A stretch of DNA of 64,000 nucleotides from an uncultured Alphaproteobacteria bacterium (GTDB lineage: Bacteria; Pseudomonadota; Alphaproteobacteria; Caulobacterales; Hyphomonadaceae): positions 10,335 through 74,334 of the forward strand of contig CAWARK010000001.1 in the NCBI GenBank assembly GCA_963784415.1, read 5' to 3'. Of the stretch, positions 49,108 through 58,899 are shown in pieces. Below the pieces are notes generated by a model. It was not told the DNA's origin. It did not search any database and saw only the letters and a program-made list of their open reading frames with translations. Both the position numbers and the translations under genes were made by a program. Each line of letters opens with the position of its first letter. The stretch's first letter is position 1.

Positions 49108-49779
49108 CGTCTGCGCCTGCGCTCTCCCTCGAAGACGTCTACCTCACGCTCCCCGCCGCCTCCGGGCCGGTGGAAATCCTGAAGGGCGTCAGCTTCCGCG
49201 CCATGCCCGGCGAGAGCGTCGCCATCGTCGGCCCCTCCGGTTCCGGCAAGTCATCGCTGATCGCCGTCTCCACCGGCATCGAGCGCGCCACCAAAGGCGC
49301 CATCTCGCTTCTCGGCGAAAGCCTGGACGGCAAAAGCGAGGACCAGCTCGCCCGCCTGCGCCGTGGCCGCGTCAGCCTCGTCTTCCAGTCCTTCCATCTG
49401 CTCGGAACAATGAACGCCTTCGACAATGTCCGCGCCCCGCTGGAGATCGCCAGGCTCGACAATGTCGATGATCTCGCCCGCTCGGCCCTCGCCGCCGTCG
49501 GCCTCGCCCAGCGCATGGACCACTATCCCGGCCAGCTCTCCGGCGGCGAACGCCAGCGCGTCGCCGTCGCCCGCGCCCTCGCCAGCAATCCCCGCATCGT
49601 CTTCGCCGACGAACCCACCGGCAATCTCGACACCACCACCGGCGCAATGGTCGCCGACATGCTCTTCGCCATCGCGCAGGGAGCGCAACGCCACGCTCGT
49701 CGTCGTCACCCACGACAAGGCCATCGCCGCACGGGCGGATCGCATCGTCGAGATGAGCGACGGACGGGTCGTCGGATAA
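49104..49779 (+). pseudogene. ABC transporter ATP-binding protein (YbbA/LolD-like); frame broken as sequenced (+1 near 49678)
   Basis: Walker A GPSGSGKSS, signature [15 protein letters not shown] and Walker [13 protein letters not shown] are in ORF 49104..49916. The C-terminus [31 protein letters not shown] is in ORF 49426..49779. 676 nt is 3n+1. Confidence 0.85.
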
Positions 49780-49854
49780 ATCACACCCGGCCGCGCTGTG
49801 TGTGCTACCCCGCAAGCCCGCGCGCACGGACCGTTGCGCCGAGAGGTCCCTTCC

Positions 49855-50115
49855 ATGAGTTCGCCAGAACTGCTTCGCGTCTATGCCAGCGAGAAAAACA
49901 AGAACGCCACCGGTGATTACAATCTCACCGGCCCGTCCAGCGAGCGCGACCTCGATGCGCTGGGCGACGACCTGCGCGAAGGCCTGCGCGTCGTCTTCGA
50001 CGTGCAGTTCGAGTTCGAAGTCGAAGGCGTGCTCGTCCGCAACGCAAAGTCCGACAGCTGGCTCGGCCGCCCCGACATCAGCACCAAGCGCAAACTCGAA
50101 GAGTCCGCTGACTGA
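49855..50115 (+). CDS. Small hypothetical protein
   Basis: 86 aa (MSSPELLRVYASEKNKNATGDYNL...). GAGAGG lies upstream. Confidence 0.4.
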   Translation: MSSPELLRVYASEKNKNATGDYNLTGPSSERDLDALGDDLREGLRVVFDVQFEFEVEGVLVRNAKSDSWLGRPDISTKRKLEESAD

Positions 50116-50118
50116 TCT

Positions 50119-50526
50119 CTACTTCTTCACCACCTCGACATAATCCGCATGGATCGACGCCTCGAACGGTTTCAGCGTCACCGGCCCGCCCGAAGACGAC
50201 GTGTCCCGCCATGCCTGTTCGTCGAAGCGGATCAGCAACACCTGGATCGGCTCGTCTTTCGTCACCGGGTCCGCGCGCTTCACGCCGCCCAGCACGATGC
50301 CCGTCCGCCCCGCCTCGGCGCGCACCTCGATCGAATGCCCCGTGTCCACCGGCTTGAACGTGCCGGCCGTGGACTTGATCCGCACATGATCGCCCGCCTT
50401 GAACGTCGTGCTGTTATAAACGACCTCTTTCGCATCGACCTTGTAGGCCGAGTGCGGCGTCAGATCGACGCTCGCGCACGCCGTAGCCATCACGGCTACA
50501 AATGCGATTGCACCAAGAACTCTCAT
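50119..50526 (-). CDS. Small lipoprotein, tandem paralogue A
   Basis: MRVLGAIAFVAVMATAC. It shares FKAGD.V.I...AGTFKP.DTGH, AG.TG.VLGGV and FEASIHA.Y..V.K with 50597..51007. Confidence 0.65.
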   Translation of the reverse strand: MRVLGAIAFVAVMATACASVDLTPHSAYKVDAKEVVYNSTTFKAGDHVRIKSTAGTFKPVDTGHSIEVRAEAGRTGIVLGGVKRADPVTKDEPIQVLLIRFDEQAWRDTSSSGGPVTLKPFEASIHADYVEVVKK

Positions 50527-50596
50527 CAACGCCTCCCATACTGAGCGGCCGGCAAGCTGGTCTGCATCGCCCCTCAACACAAGCGGCGCAACGCTG

Positions 50597-51007
50597 CTAT
50601 TGCTTTTTCACGTCCAGATACTCAGCGTGAATGGAAGCCTCGAACGTATCGAGCGTCACCGTGCCGGCGTCGCCCTTCCACGTCTGCGGATCCCAGCGGA
50701 CCAGCGCAACCTGGATGCGCTCGCGAGGATCCACCACCATCCATGGAAGAGGGGGCAGCCGGACCACACCGCCCAGAACCATTCCTGTCTTGCCGGCGTC
50801 CGCTGTCACCTGTTCCGCGTGACCGGTGTCGGTGGGCTTGAACGTGCCGGCCTTGTGCGTGATCACGACCCTGTCGCCGGCCTTGAACACTTCTCCATTC
50901 CAGCTCAGCGTATTCACCGCGACCTTGGAGGACAGCGTCGGCACGGGATCGGCTGTCGCGCACGCAGCCATCGCAGCAGCAAGCCCGATCGCAGCAAGAA
51001 CCCGCAT
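50597..51007 (-). CDS. Small lipoprotein, tandem paralogue B
   Basis: MRVLAAIGLAAAMAAC and the same conserved blocks as 50119..50526. Confidence 0.65.
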   Translation of the reverse strand: MRVLAAIGLAAAMAACATADPVPTLSSKVAVNTLSWNGEVFKAGDRVVITHKAGTFKPTDTGHAEQVTADAGKTGMVLGGVVRLPPLPWMVVDPRERIQVALVRWDPQTWKGDAGTVTLDTFEASIHAEYLDVKKQ

Positions 51008-51104
51008 CACACCCTCGCATCAATTCCCTGCGCTCAGGCTGCGCCGCGCGGTGCGCTATTGCAAGCCGGGTGACAGACGCCGCTGCCCGCCCTAGGCAAG
51101 CATC

Positions 51105-53655
51105 ATGGCCAACGCCTCCCCGAAGCTCGCCGCACGACACCCCTGGCTCCGCATCGCCCTGCGCGAACTCTCGGGCGGCGTGGCGGGCTTCTGGATCTAT
51201 CTCGCCTGTCTCGCGCTCGGCGCGTGGGCCATCGCGTCGGCGGGCTCCATCACCGACTCGCTGCAGGCCGGCCTCAGCCGCCAGTCGCACCAGCTGCTCG
51301 GGGGCGACGCCGCGATCACGCTCTCCCAGCGCGAGGCCAGCAGCGAACAGCGCGCGTGGATGGATCAACGCGGGCAGGTGAGCGCCGCCGCCCAGATCGA
51401 CCTCATGGCCCGCGCCGACAAGGAGGTCATGCAGGTCGATGTGCGCGGCATCGACAACGCCTTTCCCCTGATCGGCAGCTTCACCTTCGACCGCGACATC
51501 GCGCTGCCCGCAGATCCTCGCACGCGACGGCGACTGCCTGGGGCATCGCCGCCAGCGCCAGTCTCGCGAAGGACCTCAACATCACCGTCGGCGACAGCTT
51601 CAGCCTCGGCAGCATCCCCGTCCAGCTCCGCGCCATCCTCACGGCTGAGCCCGACCGCGTCGGCGAGCCCGGCATGTTCGAGCCGCGCGCCATCATCGCC
51701 ATCGACGCCCTGCGCGACGCCGGCCAGATGCAGCCCGGCGCGCTGTTCCGCTCCGCCTACCGCATCCTGCTCAAGCCCGAAGCCGCCGCCAGTTTCGAAG
51801 CCGACTTCAACGCGCGCTGGGAATCCGAAGGCCTGCGCTATCGCGGTCCCGACGACGCCATCGATGGCCTGCGCGCCATGCTCGGCATGCTCAACACCTT
51901 CATGACGGTCGTCGGCATCTCCGCCCTCATCGCCGGCGGCGTTGGCGTCAGTCCCAGGCCACCTCCGCCTTCCTCGACACCCGCCTCGATTCCATCGCCG
52001 CCCTGAAGGCCCTCGGCGCAGACGGCGGCACAATCCGCGCCGCCTACGCGCTGCAGCTCGGCGTCCTCGCCGGCGCAGGCGCACTCGTTGGCATAGTGCT
52101 CGGCGCGCTCTCGCCCTGGATCGTCAGCGCGCTGGCAGGCGACGCCATCCCGCTGCCGATGCAGCTCGGCATCTACCCGCTCGCGCTTCTCAAAGCCTTC
52201 GTGCTGACCTTGCTCGCCGCCGCCATGTTCGCCGCCCCGCCGCTCGGCCGCGCCCGCGCGACATCGCCCGCCGCCCTGTTCCGGCGCGACAGCGGCGACG
52301 CGCCCCAGCCCGTGCCCGCCGCCGAGCGCGCCGTCTCCATCATCGCCGCCATCCTGCTTGTTGCGGTCGCCATGCTCGGTTCGGCCCGGCCCATCATCGT
52401 GCTCGGCCTGATGGTCGGCGCCGCCGTCGCGTACCTGATCCTCATCGGCGCAGCGATGCTTGTCCGCCGTCTCGCCCGCCGCGCCTCGACCCACGTGCGC
52501 GGCCGCCTGCGCCTCGTCCTCGCCAGCCTCGGCGGACCCGGCTCGCTCGCGCCCATCGTCGCGCCCGCCCTTGGCCTCGGCCTCGCGCTCCTGACACTTA
52601 TCACCGTCGTGCAGGAAAACCTGCTCGGCCAGCTGCGCGACACCGCGCCGGACGAAGCCCCCTCCATCATCTTCCGCCAGATCCCCGCCCGCGACGCCGC
52701 CCCGTTCGACGCGATGATGAAGTCGTTCGGCGTCGACACCGCCGACCAGATGGCCTACCGCCGCGCCCCCGTCATCATCGGCCGCGTCACCACCATCAAT
52801 GGCGAGAAGCTCGTCGAACAGAATGTGCCGGCCGAACAGCGCTGGGTCACGCGCACCGAAATGCCGATGACGCTTCTTGCGGAGAAGCCAATCGAGGCCA
52901 ACCTCACCTCGGGCGCCTGGTGGCCGTCCGACTATTCCGGCCCGCCGCTCGTCTCGGTGGAGGAGGGCGCCGCCCACGGTCTCGGCCTTTCCGTCGGCGA
53001 CACCGTCAGCTTCCGCATCTTCACGAAGGAGATCGAGGCGAAGGTCGCCTCCCTCCGCAAGGTCGACTGGTCCGGCTTCGGCGCCAACGTCGCCTTCATC
53101 CTCTCGCCCGGTTCTGTCGGCGCGTTCCAACCGGCGCAGGCCGCCATCGTCATCGTGCCTGCCGACCAGGAAGCCGCCCTCGTCGCGGCCGTAGCGGAAC
53201 GCTGGCCCAACATACTCGCCTTCCAGGTGCGCAAGACGCTCGAGACCGCCGCCGACCTCTTCGGCCAGGTCTCCGTCATCGTCACCGCGCTTGCGAGCGT
53301 TGTCCTCGCGGCCGGCATCCTCGTCCTCTTCGGCGCCTTTGCGGCAGCCGCCCGCCGCCGCCGCCGCGAGTCGGCCCTGTTGAAAGTCTTCGGCGCCACG
53401 CGCGTTGCGATTCTCTCGCTCTACGCTCTTGAGTTCGCACTTGCGGCATTCCTCGCCGTCGTGCTCGGAAGCAGTCTGGGTATTGCCTCGGCTCACCCGA
53501 TTGTGATTCTAGTCTTCGACGCGACCTGGCGCTTTGCATGGTCGCCTGTCGTCACGGTTGCTTTCACCACCGTGTTATCCGCAGCGGCGGGCGGCGCCGT
53601 TGTCGGTTGGTCGACTTTGTCCCACCGCCCGGCCCACGTATTGCGCTCGTCTTGA
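51105..53655 (+). pseudogene. FtsX-family ABC permease (YbbP-like, about 850 aa); two frame breaks as sequenced (about 51505-51545 and about 51947-51953)
   Basis: Three collinear pieces sit in three frames: ORF 51105..51905 (N-terminal TM), ORF 51224..52006 (WGIAASASLAKDLNITVGDSF...NTFMTVVGISALIAGGVGV) and ORF 52096..53655 (second FtsX half). Between pieces 2 and 3 the text reads QATSAFLDTRLDSIAALKALGADGGTI. 2551 nt is 3n+1. Confidence 0.8.
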
Positions 53656-53788
53656 AGCTGGGTATGTTCCCGGTGCGTCAGCCCGACGCTTGTTCTCGAT
53701 AAACCGCCCGCAGCAGTTTGCGGAGACGGTGACGGAAAACCGTCGCAGGGAGCGCATCTATGGTGGTTGGGCGAACGGGGAGGAGTGC

Positions 53789-54739
53789 ATGATTAAGCTC
53801 GTATCTATGGTTGCATTGGCTGTTGGCCTTGGCGCCTGCACGACGATGCCGGCGGACCATGCGTCCGTGGCGTCCTCGACCGCGACGGCGCCTGCCTGGA
53901 AAGCCAAACGTGGGCCCGACGGCGTCCACCCTGATCTCAACGGCGTGTGGAAAGTGATGAACACCGCCAACTACAACATTGAAGCTCACCCGGCTCAGTC
54001 GGCGTTGCAGCTGCGTCCTGGCCCGTACGTTCCGGTGCCCGATGCGCAGGTTGTGGCCCTCGGCGCGATTGGCGCTGTGCCCGCTGGCGTTGGAATCGTC
54101 GAAGGCGACGGCAAGATCCCTTACACGGCTGATGCGCTCGCGGCCCGCGACGCCAACCGCGCCAAGGCGATCGAGATGGACCCGGAAGTGAAGTGCTACC
54201 TGCCGGGCGTTCCGCGCGCCAACTACATGGACAAGCCGTTCCAGATCTTCCAGTCCGACAAGGCCGTGTTCTTCGCCTACGAATACGCCGGCGCCGTCCG
54301 CAACATCTTCCTCACCCCGCAACCGCCGGCTCCCGCCCAGTCCTGGATGGGTCAGTCCTACGGCACGTGGGATGGCGACACGTTCGTTGTCGAAGTCACC
54401 GACCAGTACGGCACCACCTGGCTCGACCGTTCGGGCAACATGAAGGGTGAGAACACCAAGATCGTCGAGCGTTGGACGCCGACCTCTGATTCCACGCTGC
54501 GCTACGAAGCCGAAATCACGGATCCGAGCGTCTACACCAAGCCGTGGAAAATCGGCTTCAACCTGTACAAGGCCTCGGGCGAAGACGCCCAGCTGCAGCA
54601 GTTCAAGTGCGTGGAGTTCGTCGAAGAGCTCCTGTACGGCCACCTGCGCAAGAACCCGCTGCCGGGTCCGGCGCTGGATCGTGCGAAGCGTGAAGCTGAA
54701 GAGCGCGCAGCCGAAGAGGCCGAACTCGACGCACAATAA
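53789..54739 (+). CDS. Exported lipoprotein, divergent member (paralogue 3) of the recurrent family
   Basis: Lipobox MIKLVSMVALAVGLGAC. It has PDLNGVWK, KCYLPGVPR, WMGQSYGTWDGDTFVVEV, IVERWTP and LRYEAEITDPSVYTKPW. GGGGAGGAG lies upstream of ATG 53789. Confidence 0.75.
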   Translation: MIKLVSMVALAVGLGACTTMPADHASVASSTATAPAWKAKRGPDGVHPDLNGVWKVMNTANYNIEAHPAQSALQLRPGPYVPVPDAQVVALGAIGAVPAGVGIVEGDGKIPYTADALAARDANRAKAIEMDPEVKCYLPGVPRANYMDKPFQIFQSDKAVFFAYEYAGAVRNIFLTPQPPAPAQSWMGQSYGTWDGDTFVVEVTDQYGTTWLDRSGNMKGENTKIVERWTPTSDSTLRYEAEITDPSVYTKPWKIGFNLYKASGEDAQLQQFKCVEFVEELLYGHLRKNPLPGPALDRAKREAEERAAEEAELDAQ

Positions 54740-55078
54740 TGTGTACGGCTGCTCCGGAATGGTTCCCCTTTTTGTGACCGGGGAATGTGACGGAAGCAGC
54801 CGCCACTCGCGTTGAATAAAGCGTGATGGCGGTGGGCTCGGCCAAAAGCCAATTGAGGTTCGCCGCCAAAATGCTGCTGGAATCCGGGTTGTCCGTCGCC
54901 TCTGTGGCGAGCGGACGCAGGCCCGGGGAACACAGCCCGATATGAGCTAACCCCTTGAGACTCTGCAGCGTCGGAGATAAAACGGGTTCAAATTCAGGGG
55001 CGTTGGCGGGGCATACTCCCTCACCAATTCAGTCCCAAGCAACACGACGGCGAAGGCCGCCTGTACTGGAGGAAGTCG

Positions 55079-55630
55079 ATGAAAAATAAAGTTCGTCTGG
55101 CTGTCGCGGCTGCCACCCTGGCTGTCCTGACGGCTGCCGGCGCAGGCACCGCCGCCTATGCCCACCACGCGTTCGCCGCCGAGTTCGACGCGAACCGTCC
55201 GGTCCTGCTCAAGGGCTCGGTCGAGTTCGTCGAATGGACGAACCCGCACACCTGGATCCATATCTCCGTCAAAGACGTCAACAAGTTCGGCCAGCCGAAA
55301 AAAGGCTCGAACCTGAACTGGGCGATCGAAGGCGGCACGCCGAACACGATCTTCCGCGGCGACCTGTCGACCACGGATGCCAAGTCCAAGGCGATCCCGA
55401 AAGGCACCGAAGTCGTCGTTCGCGGCTACCAGTCGAAAGACACGGTCTGCTCGCGCAAATGGGGCACAGGCGCCAAGCTCGACAAGATCACCTGCAAGGC
55501 CAACGGCCGTGACGTGACCTTCCCGAACGGTTGCAAACTGTTCGTCGGCGGTTCGTCCACGGGCGCTCCGAAAGACGGCGCCGAAGCTGGCGCCAAAACG
55601 GATTGCACCGCCACCTCGGCCCCGACCTAA
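55079..55630 (+). CDS. Secreted DUF6152-like protein
   Basis: Signal ...GAGTAAYA followed immediately by HHAFAAEFDANRPVLLKGSVEFVEWTNPHTWIHI. This pattern is as I recall it for DUF6152; the assignment is from memory. Confidence 0.7.
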   Translation: MKNKVRLAVAAATLAVLTAAGAGTAAYAHHAFAAEFDANRPVLLKGSVEFVEWTNPHTWIHISVKDVNKFGQPKKGSNLNWAIEGGTPNTIFRGDLSTTDAKSKAIPKGTEVVVRGYQSKDTVCSRKWGTGAKLDKITCKANGRDVTFPNGCKLFVGGSSTGAPKDGAEAGAKTDCTATSAPT

Positions 55631-55653
55631 CAGTCAGGCCCGACACACCATCA

Positions 55654-55689
55654 AGCCCGCCGGCCCCAAGCCGGCGGGCTTTTTGTTTG
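55654..55689 (+). terminator. Rho-independent terminator
   Basis: AGCCCGCCGG-ccccaag-CCGGCGGGCT followed by TTTTGTTTG. Confidence 0.75.
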
Positions 55690-55712
55690 CGCGTTTGAGC
55701 GCCCACACCGCC

Positions 55713-55954
55713 GTCACTCCGGACGCGCGCAGCGCGAGCCGGAACCCAGGAGCCCCGCGCACGGTCCTGGAAACGGACCTCAGGTCCGTGTTCCCCGCGA
55801 AGGCGGGGATCCCGTCTTTGCGCGCAGCGCAAACCTCTTCGGCAACGCCTCCACTTGTCATCCCGGAAGCCGCACAGCGCTATCCGGGACCCATTTCTCT
55901 ACCCCGACACCTGACGAATGGGTCCCGGCTCGCGCTCCGCTCGGCCGGGATGAC
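55713..55954. repeat. Cluster of REP hairpins (GTCA(C/T)(T/C)CCGGA...TCCGGGA type)
   Basis: GTCACTCCGGACGCGCGCAGCGCGAGCCGGAACCC lies at about 55713-55750 and CCCCGCGAAGGCGGGG at about 55793-55808. GTCATCCCGGAAGCCGCACAGCGCTATCCGGGACCC (55857-55892) has an inverted partner GGGTCCCGGCTCGCGCTCCGCTCGGCCGGGATGAC (55920-55954). Confidence 0.6.
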
Positions 55955-56125
55955 AACCGCGCTATGGGCGACAAGAGTTACACCCCATTTTGTTGGATGA
56001 GATCCGCACTTATCCAGCAGCCCGCGTTTCCGCGTCTCCAGCAATCTCAATGACTTGCGCGAAAAATAGGGTGGATTGGCGTTCGGCAAATCGGCCGGGC
56101 TCCGGGCGCACGTATAGTGGCGGCC

Positions 56126-56620
56126 ATGAAACGCAAAGGCTGGCCCATCTGGCTGCTGCGTGACATCCCGGCCTTCCTGGGTGTCATGCTCAGCTTCTGG
56201 CCGCTGGTGATCCTCCTGATCTCCAGCGAACGCCGAGTCATGCGCGGAAAGACGCTTCGCAGGTCCGTGTTCGAGACCATCGCCCTCCTGCTCGCCCACG
56301 CCGAAGCGCGCCTCACCTTCGCGCTCACGCGCCAGGCCTACCGCCGGCTCGGCTGGAACCCCCGCCTCGTGCGCTTCAATCTCATCCCCGCCACCTACAA
56401 CCTGCGCGAAGTGCAGGAGCGCTACGCGAATTACGTGAACGCGTTCGGCGACATGAACGCCGTCGTCGAGACGTACATCGAAGACATCCGCCAGCGGTAT
56501 CGCATCGCGGAACGCGACCTCGTCGCCCATGGTTCGACGGACGCGCGGCAGAGCCGCGCTGCTCACCATGAGCTGGTGGGCGCCTCATCGTGCGCCACAT
56601 CCCCCTTGCGCTCATCCTGA
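56126..56620 (+). CDS. Hypothetical membrane-anchored protein; its 3' end runs into REP units
   Basis: GC3-rich ORF (MKRKGWPIWLLRDIPAFLGVMLSFWPLVILLI...). The last 30 or so codons coincide with REP sequence (56528-56572 and 56611-56655), so the true stop is uncertain. Confidence 0.45.
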   Translation: MKRKGWPIWLLRDIPAFLGVMLSFWPLVILLISSERRVMRGKTLRRSVFETIALLLAHAEARLTFALTRQAYRRLGWNPRLVRFNLIPATYNLREVQERYANYVNAFGDMNAVVETYIEDIRQRYRIAERDLVAHGSTDARQSRAAHHELVGASSCATSPLRSS

Positions 56621-56759
56621 GCAGCGCCCGCAGGGCGCGTCCGTCGAAGGACGAGCGCGGCCACGCGCACGCACGTGGGCCTCCGCTGCATCCAAATTTC
56701 GGAAAACCAAACCCCAACCCACCTCGCACGCCCCGCGCGCGAGGCCGCACCCGCATGCA

Positions 56760-56796
56760 CAAACAAAAACCCCGGAGCGCTTTCACGCTCCGGGGT
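56760..56796 (-). terminator. Rho-independent terminator after the 56822 gene
   Basis: Minus strand reads CCCCGGAGCG-tgaaag-CGCTCCGGGG followed by TTTTTGTTT. Confidence 0.75.
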
Positions 56797-56821
56797 CATC
56801 TTGTCCGCGATTTCCGTCAGA

Positions 56822-57972
56822 TCAGCTGAAGCCGATCCAGCGTCCGCCGGCTGCCGTGGCGACCCAGCTGAGGATCGACATCACCGCGATCATCTTCGCG
56901 ATGCGGCCGCCTGCCGTGGCGTCGTCCTTGTAGATCTCGTAGCCGGTGAGGCCGATCAGCACGAGGCCACCCAGAACGCTGCGCGCGATGCCGAGGTTCT
57001 TCAGCTCCCCCGAGAAGCTGTCGAGACCAGCCACCACATAGCCTTCCAGCACCGTGCCGAACATCACGATGAAGCCGATGCCGGCGATGATCCGCGTCCG
57101 CTTGCCGAACAGCAGCAGCACGGCATAACCCGCCGTCAGCACGTGGAATGTGCCGGGGCTGATGCCTTCGGCGGTCGAGAACACGCCCATGGCAAAGAAG
57201 AAGATCAGCATGGCGATCGCGCCGATGATCATCGCCACGAGGTCGACTTTTCCGTCCGCCTTGGAGATGCGGTTGACGACGCCGAACGTGAAGATCAGCG
57301 CCGCCAGCATCGAGACCATCTTCACGAAGAAGGACTGCGATGTGTACAGCCGCTCCGCGTTGAGGCCGCCGATCACAAGCCCGGTGCCGATGACGATCGA
57401 CGGAAGCCGATGCCCGCGATGACCCGCGTCCGCTTGCCGAACAGCAGCAGCACGGCATAACCCGCCGTCAGCACGTGGAATGTGCCGGGGCTGATGCCTT
57501 CGGCGGTCGAGAACACGCCCATGGCAAAGAAGAAGATCAGCATGGCGATCGCGCCGATGATCATCGCCACGAGATCAACTTTTCCATCCGCCTTGGAGAT
57601 GCGGTTGACCACGCCGAACGTGAAGATCAGCGCCGCCAGCATCGAGACCATCTTCACGAAGAAGGACTGCGATGTGTACAGCCGCTCCGCGTTGAGGCCG
57701 CCGATCACAAGGCCGGTGCCGATTACGATGCAGGCGCCGACGATGTGCCAGACGCGCAGGTTGCGCTCGACTTCCGACGGCGTTTCATCCGTCAGGCCCG
57801 CGCCGAGAAGGCGAAGGCAGGTCAGGATCACGCAGCCGCCGAGCAGGGCGAGGCCGAGCAGGTGGATGGCGCCGAACGGGGCGTAGAGGTCGCCGAGATA
57901 AACGTAGGGCGGGACCTTGCCGAGATTGTGGACCCAGTCAGCTGCGCCCGGAAAGAATTTTGCGAAATCCAT
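56822..57972 (-). pseudogene. Multi-pass membrane protein split into two ORFs by an internal 332-bp tandem duplication
   Basis: ORF 57373..57972 (199 aa) and ORF 56822..57376 (184 aa) share a module of about 105 aa that is identical except for one residue (IGGLNAERLY...FGKRTR(V/I)IAGIGF). Removing one repeat copy gives a single protein of about 270 aa. The N-terminus has FGAIHLLGLALLGGCVILTCLRLLG. Confidence 0.7.
57071..57734. repeat. Direct tandem duplication, 2 x 332 bp, about 97-98% identical
   Basis: Three anchors give a constant offset of 332: GAAGCCGATG at 57071 and 57403, CATGGCAAAG at 57188 and 57520, GATCACAAG at 57371 and 57703. I found about 8 mismatches by hand alignment. Confidence 0.9.
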
Positions 57973-57975
57973 GGA

Positions 57976-58833
57976 TCAGCCTCCCTGGCCAGGTGTCGGT
58001 TGCGCAGGCGCCGGTTGAGCAGGCGGCGTTGCCGGGAATACCGCATTGGGATCCGGCGGACTTTCATCTGTGGGCGCGGTGTCCGTCTCGTCGGCCGGAG
58101 CTTCATCCGCAGGCGGCGCATCCATGCTCATCTTGCCGCCATTGGCGAGCGGATCGACGTCGTCGTTCAGCATCTCCTCGTCCTCGAGCGATTCTTCGTT
58201 CTCGCCGTCGGTGTAGAGGTTCGCGCATTCGGCGAAGGCATAGAGGATCGAGCTGGGTTGCAGCTTGTCGCACTTGTACCAGTCATACGCGATGAAGCGA
58301 CCGAAGATGATCACGAGGATCCAGCACGCCATCGAGATCGCGCCGGAGAGGCGGACCTTCATCGGCGGCGTCGGCATCGCGTCCCACTCCGCCTGGCTCG
58401 TCTGAACCTTGAAGTGGAACCAGAAGATGTTGATCGACGCGATGACCAGGAAGATCATCTTCAGGCGGAACCAGACGTCGTGATAATAGAACGTCGCCGG
58501 CTGGCGTCCGAAGAACGTGACGAGACCCGTGAACACCATCATGCCGAACGCCATCATGGTGATGGGCAGCACTTTGTCGTTCAGGCGCGAGAACGGCACG
58601 TTGCGGAACGCAAAGCCCATCATGCGCAGGTCGATGATCCAGATCGTCCCCGCGAAGAACATCAACGTCAGCACGTGCGTGCCTTCGAAGAGGTTCCAGA
58701 GGTTCTGGGAATTGTTCAGCGCCTGCGACCAGGACAGCGCGCCTTCCTCGGTCCCTTTGCCAAGGTCGTATTGCAGCCATGAAAAGAAATCGTGGAACAA
58801 TCTCGTCTCTCCCCTGGGGGTCCCGCATTTCAC
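57976..58833 (-). CDS. Multi-pass membrane protein of unknown function with an acidic Pro-rich C-terminal tail
   Basis: EGTHVLTLMFFAGTIWIIDLRMMGF resembles the HLLGLALLGG...LRLLG motif of the downstream gene. The start may be TTG 58800, which follows AGGGGAGAG. The stop lies 3 nt before the downstream ATG. Confidence 0.75.
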   Translation of the reverse strand: MKCGTPRGETRLFHDFFSWLQYDLGKGTEEGALSWSQALNNSQNLWNLFEGTHVLTLMFFAGTIWIIDLRMMGFAFRNVPFSRLNDKVLPITMMAFGMMVFTGLVTFFGRQPATFYYHDVWFRLKMIFLVIASINIFWFHFKVQTSQAEWDAMPTPPMKVRLSGAISMACWILVIIFGRFIAYDWYKCDKLQPSSILYAFAECANLYTDGENEESLEDEEMLNDDVDPLANGGKMSMDAPPADEAPADETDTAPTDESPPDPNAVFPATPPAQPAPAQPTPGQGG

Positions 58834-58899
58834 GGTGACCCCGATAGCAGTCCGTCAGCCTTGAGGGCCTTCAGCGCTGCTCGTCAAGCTTCCCACAAT

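Noticed and set aside
55713-55954. Possible CRISPR array or mobile element because of clustered repeats
   Set aside because: The repeats are short imperfect REP-type hairpins in mixed orientation without regular spacers. No cas, transposase or integrase genes occur anywhere in the window.
55880-56569. 229-aa minus-strand ORF
   Set aside because: It spans REP hairpins and runs antisense to the GC3-rich plus-strand ORF 56126..56620. Its composition is not protein-like.
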